The notes beneath the pieces are model-generated. The model saw only the letters and a list, made by a program, of their open reading frames with translations. It searched no databases and had not been told where the DNA came from. Of a stretch of DNA of 52,601 nt, positions 29,917 through 39,813 are shown in pieces. The stretch is from the sequence record SRR33789315_138, one strand, 5' to 3'. The number at the start of each line of letters is the position of its first letter. The first letter of the stretch is position 1. The translations under genes and the position numbers were made by a program.

Positions 29917-31545
29917 ATGTTAAGTACCAATTTTTTAATAATCGGTTCGGGAGTAGCTGGATTAACGCTGGCAGTTAAGCTTGCCGAGACATTTCCTTCG
30001 AAAAAGATTTTGGTGGTAACCAAAGCCGGCGAAGATGAATCTAATACCAAATATGCACAAGGAGGCATGGCGGTTGTTTTGAATTCTGAAACAGATTCCT
30101 TTAACAAACACGTGCAGGATACCTTAATCGCAGGCGATGGTTTATGCGAAGTGGATGTTGTAAAAATGGTGGTAAAAGAAGGCCCTAAACGATTGAAAGA
30201 ACTGATGGAATGGGGCGCTAACTTCGATACCGATGCCGCGGGAAAGTTAACTTTGGGAAAAGAAGGTGGGCATTCTGAAAGTAGGATACTGCATCATAAG
30301 GACATTACCGGATATGAAATAGAACGTGTCCTGTTAAAGCGCATCCACCAACTGAAAAACATCACCTTATTAAGCCATCATTTTGCAATAGACCTGATTA
30401 CAGAACATCAGGCCAAAAACACTATTCCGCCCGCCATTACCTGTTACGGCGCATACATTCTCAATATCAAAAACAATATAATTATAACCGTAAAAGCAGA
30501 TACAACCACATTAGCTTCAGGAGGTATTGGCCATGTTTATGGTCATACAACTAATCCAATTGTGGCCACGGGAGATGGTCTTGCGATGGCCTACAGAGCG
30601 AAGGCCAAAATAAAAAATATGGAATTTGTGCAGTTTCATCCTACCGCGCTTTATAAAGAAAAGCAAGAAGGTGCTTCTTTTTTGATTTCTGAAGCCGTCA
30701 GGGGGTTTGGAGCTTTTTTAAGAGATGCAAACGGAAGGCGTTTTATGCCTGATTATGACAAACGGGCAGAACTTGCCTCTCGAGATATCGTTTCTCAAAG
30801 TATAGATACCGAGTTAAAAAAATCTAATGCGTATTTTGTGTATCTCGACTGCACGCATTTGAATACAGCTGCTTTTCAAGAGCATTTCCCTAATATTTAT
30901 GAAAATTGCCTGCAACAAAACATAGACATTGCAAAAGATTGGATTCCGGTAGTTCCTGCCTCCCATTATTCATGTGGCGGAATTGTGGTTGATAGGCATG
31001 GTCGCAGTACCATTAACAATCTTTTTGCCTGTGGAGAATGCTCTTATACAGGACTTCATGGCGCCAATCGCCTAGCTTCAAACTCCCTGCTTGAAGCGAT
31101 TGTATATGCACATAATATTTATAAATATCATTGTGAAAATAACTTTAAAACATGGGATATCAAGCTTCCAGAATGGATAGAAGCAGGCACATTGCCATTA
31201 GAAAATAAGCAAGCTATCGAGGATATTTTACTTGAATTACAAAAATTGATGCGGGACTATGTGGGAATAGTAAGGAGCAATAAACGTCTTTATGTAGCGG
31301 TTATAAAATTAGATATTATTTATAATCAGGTTGATAGCCTTTATAAAAAAACCAAACTTATTTTGCCGCTATGCGAATTGCGCAATATGGTAAATGTATC
31401 CTATTTAATTATTCGCCAATCTTTAGAACGAAAGGAAAATCGTGGAGGTTACTACAATATTGATTGTGATATAAAAAAGCAAGCCATGAATATGATTTCA
31501 CAAGATTCTACTGAAGAATTTTCCCTATTGAACCCTTTACAGTAG
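29917..31545 (+). CDS. nadB: L-aspartate oxidase
   Basis: IIGSGVAG, YAQGG, EGGHS, QFHPT, GLHGANRLASNSLLE; follows nadA. Confidence 0.95.
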   Translation: MLSTNFLIIGSGVAGLTLAVKLAETFPSKKILVVTKAGEDESNTKYAQGGMAVVLNSETDSFNKHVQDTLIAGDGLCEVDVVKMVVKEGPKRLKELMEWGANFDTDAAGKLTLGKEGGHSESRILHHKDITGYEIERVLLKRIHQLKNITLLSHHFAIDLITEHQAKNTIPPAITCYGAYILNIKNNIIITVKADTTTLASGGIGHVYGHTTNPIVATGDGLAMAYRAKAKIKNMEFVQFHPTALYKEKQEGASFLISEAVRGFGAFLRDANGRRFMPDYDKRAELASRDIVSQSIDTELKKSNAYFVYLDCTHLNTAAFQEHFPNIYENCLQQNIDIAKDWIPVVPASHYSCGGIVVDRHGRSTINNLFACGECSYTGLHGANRLASNSLLEAIVYAHNIYKYHCENNFKTWDIKLPEWIEAGTLPLENKQAIEDILLELQKLMRDYVGIVRSNKRLYVAVIKLDIIYNQVDSLYKKTKLILPLCELRNMVNVSYLIIRQSLERKENRGGYYNIDCDIKKQAMNMISQDSTEEFSLLNPLQ

Positions 31546-32743
31546 GCATTAATTCAAAAACATATTGAGGTTCGAGGCCTTTCTCTTTTCTGTGTGAGAC
31601 ATAGAGTATGGCTGTAGAACTTTCGGTAGCGATTTTATTAATAAGTGTGGTTAGCATTAACGCTCCAGCATCATCGAGTTCTATCGCCGGTTCATCTAAA
31701 ATCAATACTGGTGGATGTTTTATCATGGCTCTAGCAATCAATACCAATCGTTGTTTTAAAAGAGAAAGTTTATAGAAACGGGTGTATTTTTCGCTAGATA
31801 AACCAATAACCGACAACCATTGTCTGGCAATTTTTAGTTGTAATGCTGAAGGTTTTACATAAAGACCAATGCTGTCAAAAAAACCGGAAACCACCATTTC
31901 TTCAGCGGTATTAGCACTCTTGAACAATTCGGTCATCATAGGATTAAAAAACCCTATTTTCTGTTTGATTTCCCACACACTTTCTCCGCTGCCTTTTTTC
32001 TTTCCAAATAAATAAAGATCCTGACCATATCCTTTGGTGCTTTCGCCATAAATCATATTTAATAAGGTTGACTTTCCTGAGCCATTTGGGCCTAATAACT
32101 GCCAGAATTCACCTTTTTTTATCTGCCAAGTAATATCTTTTAGCACCACCTGCTCATGAAAATTAACGGAAACTTGTTTTAATTCGATCAAAACTTCAGG
32201 AACAGCTGTGTATTCATTTATGGGCTTTGGTATATCTGAAAACGCATACTTATTTGCATCAATCTGTTTATTAAAAAATGCTTCAAGAGATAATTTATCT
32301 ACCAAAACCTCATTCTCAATGCACAAAACGGTATGAATAAAGGGAAGAATATCTGTTTTTCGTTTAAAAATTTGAATAATAGAGATGTGTTCTGCAAGCT
32401 CGATCAATTGTGTTTTTAATGTCGCAACTGCTGCTGTATCTAAAGCATCAAAAAGATTATCTAAAACTAGAAAATCGGGTTGTTGATCCAGTAGATATTT
32501 TAGTAAGGCTTTTTTTCGCTCTCCGCTAGAATAGGTGCGCAATTTTCTTTCTTTGGCTCCTAAAATCTTAGCCTCATGCTTAATTTCTTCTTCTATGAAT
32601 TTTTCTAAAACTTGGTTAGAGAATAGCAAACCCTTACCTGAAATACCTTCAATTGGACTATCATTCTCTCTTAATAAGCGCTGCATCCACTTTCCTTGAA
32701 TTGAAAAATGGGTTCCCGCTAGGGCATAATGTTTTTTATCCAA
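31508..32743 (-). CDS. ModF-like ABC ATPase with degenerate N-terminal ABC half
   Basis: GPNGSGKS, GSGESVWEIKQKIG, LILDEP; first half keeps SSGE..LVLD but no Walker A; TTG start. Confidence 0.8.
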   Translation of the reverse strand: MDKKHYALAGTHFSIQGKWMQRLLRENDSPIEGISGKGLLFSNQVLEKFIEEEIKHEAKILGAKERKLRTYSSGERKKALLKYLLDQQPDFLVLDNLFDALDTAAVATLKTQLIELAEHISIIQIFKRKTDILPFIHTVLCIENEVLVDKLSLEAFFNKQIDANKYAFSDIPKPINEYTAVPEVLIELKQVSVNFHEQVVLKDITWQIKKGEFWQLLGPNGSGKSTLLNMIYGESTKGYGQDLYLFGKKKGSGESVWEIKQKIGFFNPMMTELFKSANTAEEMVVSGFFDSIGLYVKPSALQLKIARQWLSVIGLSSEKYTRFYKLSLLKQRLVLIARAMIKHPPVLILDEPAIELDDAGALMLTTLINKIATESSTAILYVSHRKEKGLEPQYVFELMPTVKGSIGKILQ

Positions 32744-33715
32744 TCAGTCTCGTGTTAAAATGATTTTTCCAATATGCTGACTGCTTTCCATAAGTCGGTG
32801 TGCATCTGCAGCTTTTTCCAAAGGAAATGTTTCATAAATAATGGGCTTGATCGCTCCCGACTCAATCAATGGCCAAACTTTTTCCTTTACTTCCTCAGCA
32901 ATAGCGTGTTTTACCGCTATGGATTGGGGTTTTAAAAGGCTACCAGTAAGGATCAATTGTTTGGACATAATCGTCCATAAATTAATTTGGGGATGAATGC
33001 CTTTCATTCCATTAATATAAACCAATCTACCTTTATAATTAAGAATATCCAGATTTTTGTAGGTATAATCGCCACCTACCATATCTAAAATCACATCAAT
33101 TTTTTCGTCTTTAAAACGAGTTTCAAAAGCGGCTTCTTTATAATTTAGCACCGTTCCTACGTGTAGATTCTCCAGAAATTTCACTTTCTTCTGACTACCT
33201 ACGGTGGTATATGTATTTATTCCTAATGCCTTTGCCATTTGCAAACCCATAATACCTACACCGCTAGTGCCACCGTGAATCAACAACTTCTCTCCTTTTT
33301 GAATATGGGCTTGTTGAAAAACAGTAAACCATACTGTGAAAATAGCTTCGGGCAGGGAAGCTCCTTCTACAAACGTCAACCCTTTAGGAATGGGAAGTGT
33401 TAATTTTTCATCAACCGTAACATATTCGGCATATCCACCACCAGGAATTAGCGCACATACCTTATCTCCTATAGCTGCTTTTGTGTTCTTGCCTTTTTCC
33501 ACAATTTCTCCGGCAATTTCCAGCCCGGGAATCAGTGCAGCTGCAATAGCACCTCCATATGCATCAGGATTCTGGCGTGTCAAAATATCGCTTCGGTTAA
33601 CACCAGCAGCCTTAACTCTAATAAGAACCTCATCGTCTTGGGGAGCTTTAGCCTTTACTTCTTGTATTTGAAGTACCTCAGGACCTCCCGCTTTAGAAAT
33701 TATAATTGCTTTCAT
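32744..33715 (-). CDS. NAD(P)H:quinone oxidoreductase, PIG3/zeta-crystallin family
   Basis: GGPEVL, AAGVNRSD, GGGYAEY, IHGGTSGVG, HIGKIIL. Confidence 0.9.
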   Translation of the reverse strand: MKAIIISKAGGPEVLQIQEVKAKAPQDDEVLIRVKAAGVNRSDILTRQNPDAYGGAIAAALIPGLEIAGEIVEKGKNTKAAIGDKVCALIPGGGYAEYVTVDEKLTLPIPKGLTFVEGASLPEAIFTVWFTVFQQAHIQKGEKLLIHGGTSGVGIMGLQMAKALGINTYTTVGSQKKVKFLENLHVGTVLNYKEAAFETRFKDEKIDVILDMVGGDYTYKNLDILNYKGRLVYINGMKGIHPQINLWTIMSKQLILTGSLLKPQSIAVKHAIAEEVKEKVWPLIESGAIKPIIYETFPLEKAADAHRLMESSQHIGKIILTRD

Positions 33716-34021
33716 TTAAATATTTAAGAATAAAAAATATAGGCAAAAAGTATTAAAACTTATCACCTATTTAAATACTTTTCTGATCCTTTAAATTTAT
33801 GAAGCTTGTTTTATAAAAGGTAAAATGTAGATAATTATCTTTTTAAAAGAAAACCGCATCATTAACAAGAAAAAAAATGCGGAGCATTTAAAATTTAGAT
33901 TTATTTTTAGTGATGGGGCAAAATCAAATTTTGCTTACATTGAACAGAATTTAATAACGCTATAAAGCAATCACTGTTTGGCTTTTTCAAACGGTATATT
34001 TATAAAATAATTTAACCCATT

Positions 34022-35041
34022 ATGAGTACCGTATCTATTGAAGAATTTATTGAAGGTTTACCTAAAGCTGAACTACATCTACATATTGAAGGAACATTTG
34101 AGCCAGAACTTATGTTTGAAATCGCAAAGCGAAATAAAAAACAAATTAAGTATGGAAGTATAGAAGAGCTCAAAAAAGCCTATAGTTTTAATAATCTACA
34201 GGAATTTTTAGATCTGTATTATGAAGGTGCTGGAGTCTTACTTAAAGAAGAAGATTTTTATGATCTCACTTGGGCATACCTTACTAAAATAGCTGAAGAA
34301 AATGTGAAGCACGTTGAGATTTTCTTTGATCCACAAACCCATACAGATCGTGGGGTATCCTTTAAAAAGGTTATTGAAGGTATTTATGCTGCACTTCGTG
34401 ATGGGGAAGAAAAATACGGAATCAGCTTTTTATTAATCATGTCTTATTTGAGACATTTGGATGAAGAATCTGCTTTTAAAACCCTAGAACAAGCCATGCC
34501 TTACAAAGACTGGATTGCTGGTGTAGGACTAGATTCATCTGAAGTGGGTAATCCGCCTTCAAAATTTGAGCGTGTCTATGCAAAATCTGTTGAAGCTGGT
34601 TTTCTTCCGGTTGCCCATGCAGGAGAAGAAGGTCCTGCAGAATATATTTGGGAAGCTCTGGATACTCTTAAAATAGTACGTATAGATCACGGTAACCGTT
34701 GTATGGATGATGAAAAACTTGTCGCGCATCTTGCAAAAACCCAAATCCCATTAACGCTTTGCCCGCTTTCTAATTTAGAACTAAAAGTAATTCAGGATTT
34801 AAATGAGCATCCTGTAGCAAAGATGCTTGACAAAGGGATTCTGGCCACTATTCACTCTGACGATCCCGCCTATTTTGGAGGCTATATGAATGCCAATTAT
34901 ATCGCGACAGCAAAAGCGTTAGATCTTTCTAAAGAGCAAGTCGCCCAGCTGGCAAAAAACAGTTTCATTGCGAGTTGGCTTCCCGAAAAAGAGAAAGAAG
35001 AGCACCTAAAATCTATAGATGATTATTTATTGAACTTTTAA
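34022..35041 (+). CDS. Adenosine/adenine deaminase family, probably adenine deaminase
   Basis: PKAELHLHIEG, FFDPQTH, GLDSSE, HAGEEG, SDDPAYFGGY. Confidence 0.88.
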   Translation: MSTVSIEEFIEGLPKAELHLHIEGTFEPELMFEIAKRNKKQIKYGSIEELKKAYSFNNLQEFLDLYYEGAGVLLKEEDFYDLTWAYLTKIAEENVKHVEIFFDPQTHTDRGVSFKKVIEGIYAALRDGEEKYGISFLLIMSYLRHLDEESAFKTLEQAMPYKDWIAGVGLDSSEVGNPPSKFERVYAKSVEAGFLPVAHAGEEGPAEYIWEALDTLKIVRIDHGNRCMDDEKLVAHLAKTQIPLTLCPLSNLELKVIQDLNEHPVAKMLDKGILATIHSDDPAYFGGYMNANYIATAKALDLSKEQVAQLAKNSFIASWLPEKEKEEHLKSIDDYLLNF

Positions 35042-35059
35042 AAAATAGCGATTTAACGG

Positions 35060-35097
35060 AATAAAAAAAGAGCTGATAAATCAGCTCTTTTTTTATT
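35060..35097. terminator. Bidirectional Rho-independent terminator
   Basis: AATAAAAAAAGAGCTGA-taaa-TCAGCTCTTTTTTTATT between convergent genes. Confidence 0.88.
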
Positions 35098-35114
35098 ATT
35101 ATATATTTCTTTTC

Positions 35115-36740
35115 TTATTTCCAGAATATAGAATACAAAACTACTAATATGATCATTACGGCAAATGATCCTACATTAAATCCAGGACTTGTTTTAAATA
35201 ATCCAGGTGTAATTTGAATAGCTTTGTGATCGTCTTCTCCTTTATTTTCCATTAAACTAAAAGCAATAATAACAATCATAGTAAGAATTGCAGTTAATCC
35301 CATTTGATTTAAGAAAGGAATCTCATTCATAGCCAACTTAAAAAACATTGCAATAGGTATGGAAGCCAGTGCACCAATGATTGCAGCCTTGTTAGTTGTC
35401 TTTTTCCAGAATAGACCCAGAAGGAAAACTGCGAGAATACCCGGACTTACAATACCTGTAAATTCTTGAATATATTGAAAGACTTGGTTTAATCCTTGCA
35501 AAAATGGTGCAATTAAACACGCTATTACAAGTGCGACAGAAGCAGATATCCTACCCACATTTACAGTTACTTTATCACTCGCGTTTTTGTTTATATACTG
35601 TCTATATATATCCATCGTAAAGATGGTAGAAGTAGAATTCAACATAGAAGCTAAAGAGGAAACTATAGCTGCAGCTAATGCGGCAAAAGCAACTCCTTTT
35701 AATCCTGTAGGTAAAAATTGTAATAACCAAGGATAAGCTTTATCTGCTTGATCAAGAGATGGCTCATTGTGCATTCCTAAATCTCCTAAACGTGTCATAA
35801 TTTCAGGATCGTTAACCATTACATAGGCGGCTATACCAGGTACAACAACAATTAACGGAATAATCAACTTTAAAAAAGCAGCAAGTAAAATACCTTTTTG
35901 CGATTCTTTTAGTGATTTTGCAGCAAGCGTCCTTTGAATGATGTATTGATTAAAGCCCCAATAATAAATATTGGCTACCCATAATCCTCCTACTAATACC
36001 CAAATACCAGGTAAGTTTTTAAACTCTGGATTAGATTTATCTAAAATCATAGAAAACCGCTCTGGTGCAGCCTTAATAATAACATCAAACCCTTTTACAA
36101 TTCCTTCTCCACCAGATACTGTGTTCAATGCAATATAAGTGGTTACCAGTCCTCCTAAGACTAAAAACACAACTTGTATTACATCTGTCCAAGCCACCGC
36201 AGAAAGCCCTCCATATAAGGAATAAGCGGCCGCAAAAAGAGCCAGACCTATTACACCATAAATCATAGGAATACCCATTATGGTTTCCATAGCTAAAGCC
36301 CCAAGATAAAGTACAGAGGTAAGGTTTACAAAAACATATAAGGCTACCCAAAAGACAGCCAAAATGGTTTTTAAGTTGGTAGAATACCGTTTTTCCACAA
36401 ATTCTGGAATAGTATATAACCCTTTTTCAATAAAAATAGGAAGGAAATATTTACCTACTATAATAAGGGTAAGCGCAGCCATCCATTCATAAGAGGCAAT
36501 GGCAAGACCGACGGCAAAACCAGAACCGGACATACCAATAAATTGTTCTGCAGAAATATTTGCAGCGATAAGTGAGGCTCCAATGGCCCACCACGGTAAA
36601 GATTTACTCGCCAAAAAGTAATCTTCGGCATTACGTTGATGCCCTTTTTTACTTCTTGAAACCCATAAACCTATTCCTAGAATTAATATTGCGTAAGAGA
36701 TAAAAACAACATAATCCCAAAAACCAAAAGTAGAATTCAT
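35115..36740 (-). CDS. Sodium:solute (sugar) symporter, SSS family
   Basis: DYFLASKSLPWWAIGASLIAANISAEQFIGMSGSG, YYWGFNQYIIQRTL (vSGLT-like). Confidence 0.92.
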   Translation of the reverse strand: MNSTFGFWDYVVFISYAILILGIGLWVSRSKKGHQRNAEDYFLASKSLPWWAIGASLIAANISAEQFIGMSGSGFAVGLAIASYEWMAALTLIIVGKYFLPIFIEKGLYTIPEFVEKRYSTNLKTILAVFWVALYVFVNLTSVLYLGALAMETIMGIPMIYGVIGLALFAAAYSLYGGLSAVAWTDVIQVVFLVLGGLVTTYIALNTVSGGEGIVKGFDVIIKAAPERFSMILDKSNPEFKNLPGIWVLVGGLWVANIYYWGFNQYIIQRTLAAKSLKESQKGILLAAFLKLIIPLIVVVPGIAAYVMVNDPEIMTRLGDLGMHNEPSLDQADKAYPWLLQFLPTGLKGVAFAALAAAIVSSLASMLNSTSTIFTMDIYRQYINKNASDKVTVNVGRISASVALVIACLIAPFLQGLNQVFQYIQEFTGIVSPGILAVFLLGLFWKKTTNKAAIIGALASIPIAMFFKLAMNEIPFLNQMGLTAILTMIVIIAFSLMENKGEDDHKAIQITPGLFKTSPGFNVGSFAVMIILVVLYSIFWK

Positions 36741-36948
36741 AAGTGTAGTTAGTTAGTTTGAAAAATTATTAAGCGTAAAAATAACATTTAATATGGTAAA
36801 AATAGCATTAATATGAAAAGCTTCTCTTCAAAAATGATATATTCTAATAATATTAAGTAAATAAATACTAGATTTTTAAATTATTGCTAATCTAGATTTT
36901 TATAATTTAATTAAGAAATCATTTAGACACGAATATGAATCTTTGTTT

Positions 36949-36972
36949 TAATTTTGTAGACTGATTAGTCGA
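36949..36972 (+). promoter_or_regulatory. -7 promoter element followed by a candidate TetR operator
   Basis: TAATTTTG (36949-36956) directly followed by the imperfect palindrome TAGACTGATTAGTCGA. Confidence 0.4.
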
Positions 36973-36995
36973 TCTATAACTAAAAACTCATTAAA

Positions 36996-38012
36996 ATGAA
37001 GTATAATTTATTAGGAAATACAGGATTATTAGTATCAGAACTTTGTTTTGGAACCATGACTTTTGGTGCCAAAGGTCGTTTTGCTCCCATAGGTGGCGTT
37101 CAACAAGAGGAAGCAGATTCGCTTATGAAGCAAGTTTTTGATTCTGGCATTAATTTCATCGATACAGCAAACGTATATTCTGAAGGAATTTCAGAAGAAA
37201 TTACGGGACAAGCTATCAAAAATACGGGGATCTCACGACACGAAGTGGTTTTGGCTACTAAAGTGCGTGGTACTATGGGAGAAGGTCCTAACCAGAAAGG
37301 TCTTTCGCGTAAGCATATTATGGATGAAGTTGAAGCCAGCCTTAAACGACTGAATACAGATTATATAGATTTGTATCAAATTCACTCTACAGATCCATTA
37401 ACGCCTATTGATGAAACCTTGCGTGCGCTGGACGATCTTGTTCGCAGCGGAAAAGTACGTTATATAGGTGCTAGCAATGTCGCAGCATGGCAATTGATGA
37501 AGGCTTTAGATTATTCTAAGTATAATCATTTAGAGCGTTTTGCATCTTTACAAGCTTATTATACGATAGCCGGACGTGATCTTGAGCGTGAACTCGTTCC
37601 GTTATTGCAGGATCAAAAAGTGGGACTTATGGTTTGGAGTCCGTTAGCGGGTGGTTTATTAAGTGGTAAATATGATCGAGAAGGAAAGAGTGAAACAGGA
37701 AGACGTGCAAATTTTGACTTTCCACCTGTAAACAGAGACCGAGCTTTTGATATTATCGATGCCTTAAAACCGATGGCAGTTAGCAAAAATGCTTCGGTAG
37801 CACAACTTTCTATAGCTTGGTTATTACAACAATCTGTAGTGAGTTCTGTGATTATTGGAGCCAAAAATGCTGATCAATTGGGAGATAACATCAAGTCTAC
37901 AGAAGTAACATTTACCGAAGAAGAACTGTCTCAATTGGATGAAATAAGTAAATTAGCTCCTGAATATCCAGGTTGGATGCTTGGTTTTACGGCTGGTGAT
38001 CGCCAATTGTAA
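36996..38012 (+). CDS. Aldo/keto reductase
   Basis: LCFGTMTFG, IDTANVY, LATK, YIDLYQIH, WSPLAGG. Confidence 0.93.
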   Translation: MKYNLLGNTGLLVSELCFGTMTFGAKGRFAPIGGVQQEEADSLMKQVFDSGINFIDTANVYSEGISEEITGQAIKNTGISRHEVVLATKVRGTMGEGPNQKGLSRKHIMDEVEASLKRLNTDYIDLYQIHSTDPLTPIDETLRALDDLVRSGKVRYIGASNVAAWQLMKALDYSKYNHLERFASLQAYYTIAGRDLERELVPLLQDQKVGLMVWSPLAGGLLSGKYDREGKSETGRRANFDFPPVNRDRAFDIIDALKPMAVSKNASVAQLSIAWLLQQSVVSSVIIGAKNADQLGDNIKSTEVTFTEEELSQLDEISKLAPEYPGWMLGFTAGDRQL

Positions 38013-38035
38013 ACCTTTTACAACAGCAATAAGAT

Positions 38036-38070
38036 AACAAACAGCCATTGAGAATGGCTGTTTGTTTATT
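38036..38070 (+). terminator. Stem-loop / terminator after the aldo/keto reductase
   Basis: AACAAACAGCCATT-gag-AATGGCTGTTTGTT, 14-bp perfect stem. Confidence 0.65.
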
Positions 38071-38082
38071 ACTTAACTCTAT

Positions 38083-38643
38083 ATGTTAGATAAAAAATCC
38101 CAAATATTAAGAAGTGCAATCAAACTTTTTGTCGAAAAGGGATTTGATCGGGTATCAACTGCAGAAATTTCTAAAAATGCCTGTGTGGCTACAGGAACTA
38201 TGTTTTATCATTTTAATACCAAAGAAGATATTATCATCACCGCTTATACACAAATTAAAAAGGAAATTATAGCACTTTCTAATGCTTCTGAAAACAGTGA
38301 GTTACCTATGAAAGCTTTTTTATACCATACGTGGAAGAGTATGATTAACTGGTCTTTAGTGCATAAAACAGAATTTCAATATGTGCTACAGTTTAAAAAT
38401 TCACCTTATTTTAGAAATGATATCATGGCTGAAGATGAAAGCTATTTGGCTAAATTACAATGGTGGGAAGAAGGTATAAAGCAAGGTGTTTTAAAACCTA
38501 TTCCTTTGGATTTTTTAATGAAATCATTTGTTGATTTATTATATGGCACCACCGAATATCTCCTTCATAACCCTAAAAACAATAACGAAAACTATATTGA
38601 TTTTTCGTTTGAAATGTGCTGGGATGCGATAAGCACCAACTAA
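38083..38643 (+). CDS. TetR/AcrR-family regulator
   Basis: AIKLFVEKGF..STAEIS..VATGTMFYHFNTKE. Confidence 0.92.
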   Translation: MLDKKSQILRSAIKLFVEKGFDRVSTAEISKNACVATGTMFYHFNTKEDIIITAYTQIKKEIIALSNASENSELPMKAFLYHTWKSMINWSLVHKTEFQYVLQFKNSPYFRNDIMAEDESYLAKLQWWEEGIKQGVLKPIPLDFLMKSFVDLLYGTTEYLLHNPKNNNENYIDFSFEMCWDAISTN

Positions 38644-38646
38644 ACT

Positions 38647-39753
38647 ATGTACACAATCCTATTATTACTCATCCTCGCGCTTCTTTTAAGTGTCAGGACT
38701 TTTATGAAAAGTCCAAAATTTGGAAGTAAGCCCAGCGAAAAACAACTTGCCGAACTTAAAAAGTCGACTCAGTATTTTAATGGCGCTTTTAATAATCAAA
38801 GCCATACGCCTGCCTTAACAGAAGGTGTCAGTATGCTTGAAGTTTTAAGGGAATTTTTCTTTAAGAAAGAACCCAGAAGAAAACCAAAACAGGCATTACC
38901 CACGGTAAAAACAAATTTACTACCTCAAGCTAAGAATCAAGATATTTTAATCTGGTTTGGGCATTCCTCCTATTTTATGCAAATAGATGGCAAAACCGTT
39001 CTTGTAGATCCCGTTTTTAGTGGTGCTGCTTCTCCCCTTTCCTTTACGACCAAAGCTTTTCAAGGAACAGACATTTATGGAGTTGATGATCTTCCGCATA
39101 TAGATTATTTATTCATTTCTCATGACCATTGGGATCATATGGATTATGAAACGCTTTTAGGCTTAAAATCTAAAGTTGGTCAAATAATTTGTGGCCTTGG
39201 GACAGGAGCACATCTCGTAAGTTGGGGCTTTAATCCTGACCTTATAAAAGAGCTTGATTGGAACGAACCGTTCTTTCTGGAAAATAGCTTTGAGGTGCAT
39301 AGCATTCCTGGAAGGCATTTTTCGGGTAGAGGATTTAAGCGTAATCAAACCTTATGGACATCATTTGTTCTAAAAACACCCACTTATAATTTATTTCTAG
39401 GGGGTGATAGTGGTTATGATACACATTTTAAAGAAGCAGGTGAAAAATTTGGGCCTTTTGACCTAGCCATCTTAGAAAATGGTCAATATGACAAGAGTTG
39501 GAAATACATTCACATGCATCCGGACGAAGTTTTACAAGCTGCTAAAGATCTTAAAGCAAACCGCTTGCTTCCAGTACATTCATGTAAGTTTGCATTAGCT
39601 AATCATGCGTGGGATGAACCTTTAAAACAAATCACAAAACTCCATACCTCTAAAGCCTTACAGCTCATTACCCCAAAAATTGGAGAGCAAGTAAATCTAA
39701 AAGATTTAGAACAGGTTTTTTCGCAGTGGTGGTTAGCAGTTGACCCTGTTTAG
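38647..39753 (+). CDS. MBL-fold metallo-hydrolase (RomA/NAPE-PLD-like)
   Basis: WFGHSS, SHDHWDHMD, RHFSGR, GDSGY, HMHP. Confidence 0.88.
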   Translation: MYTILLLLILALLLSVRTFMKSPKFGSKPSEKQLAELKKSTQYFNGAFNNQSHTPALTEGVSMLEVLREFFFKKEPRRKPKQALPTVKTNLLPQAKNQDILIWFGHSSYFMQIDGKTVLVDPVFSGAASPLSFTTKAFQGTDIYGVDDLPHIDYLFISHDHWDHMDYETLLGLKSKVGQIICGLGTGAHLVSWGFNPDLIKELDWNEPFFLENSFEVHSIPGRHFSGRGFKRNQTLWTSFVLKTPTYNLFLGGDSGYDTHFKEAGEKFGPFDLAILENGQYDKSWKYIHMHPDEVLQAAKDLKANRLLPVHSCKFALANHAWDEPLKQITKLHTSKALQLITPKIGEQVNLKDLEQVFSQWWLAVDPV

Positions 39754-39813
39754 CTACAAGCTTAGCTAAAAAACTAAATTGTGTACCTTTGACCTCTGAA
39801 ATAAAAAATATTC

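Noticed and set aside
31508-31545. 38-bp convergent overlap of nadB and the ModF-like gene
   Set aside because: Short 3' overlaps of convergent genes are common; probably stop-codon drift
33716-34021. Purine riboswitch upstream of the deaminase
   Set aside because: No purine aptamer core or convincing multi-stem structure in this AT-rich spacer
35115-36740. SSS symporter as the missing purine/allantoin transporter
   Set aside because: Motifs are those of vSGLT-like sugar symporters, and it is convergent with the deaminase and separated by a terminator
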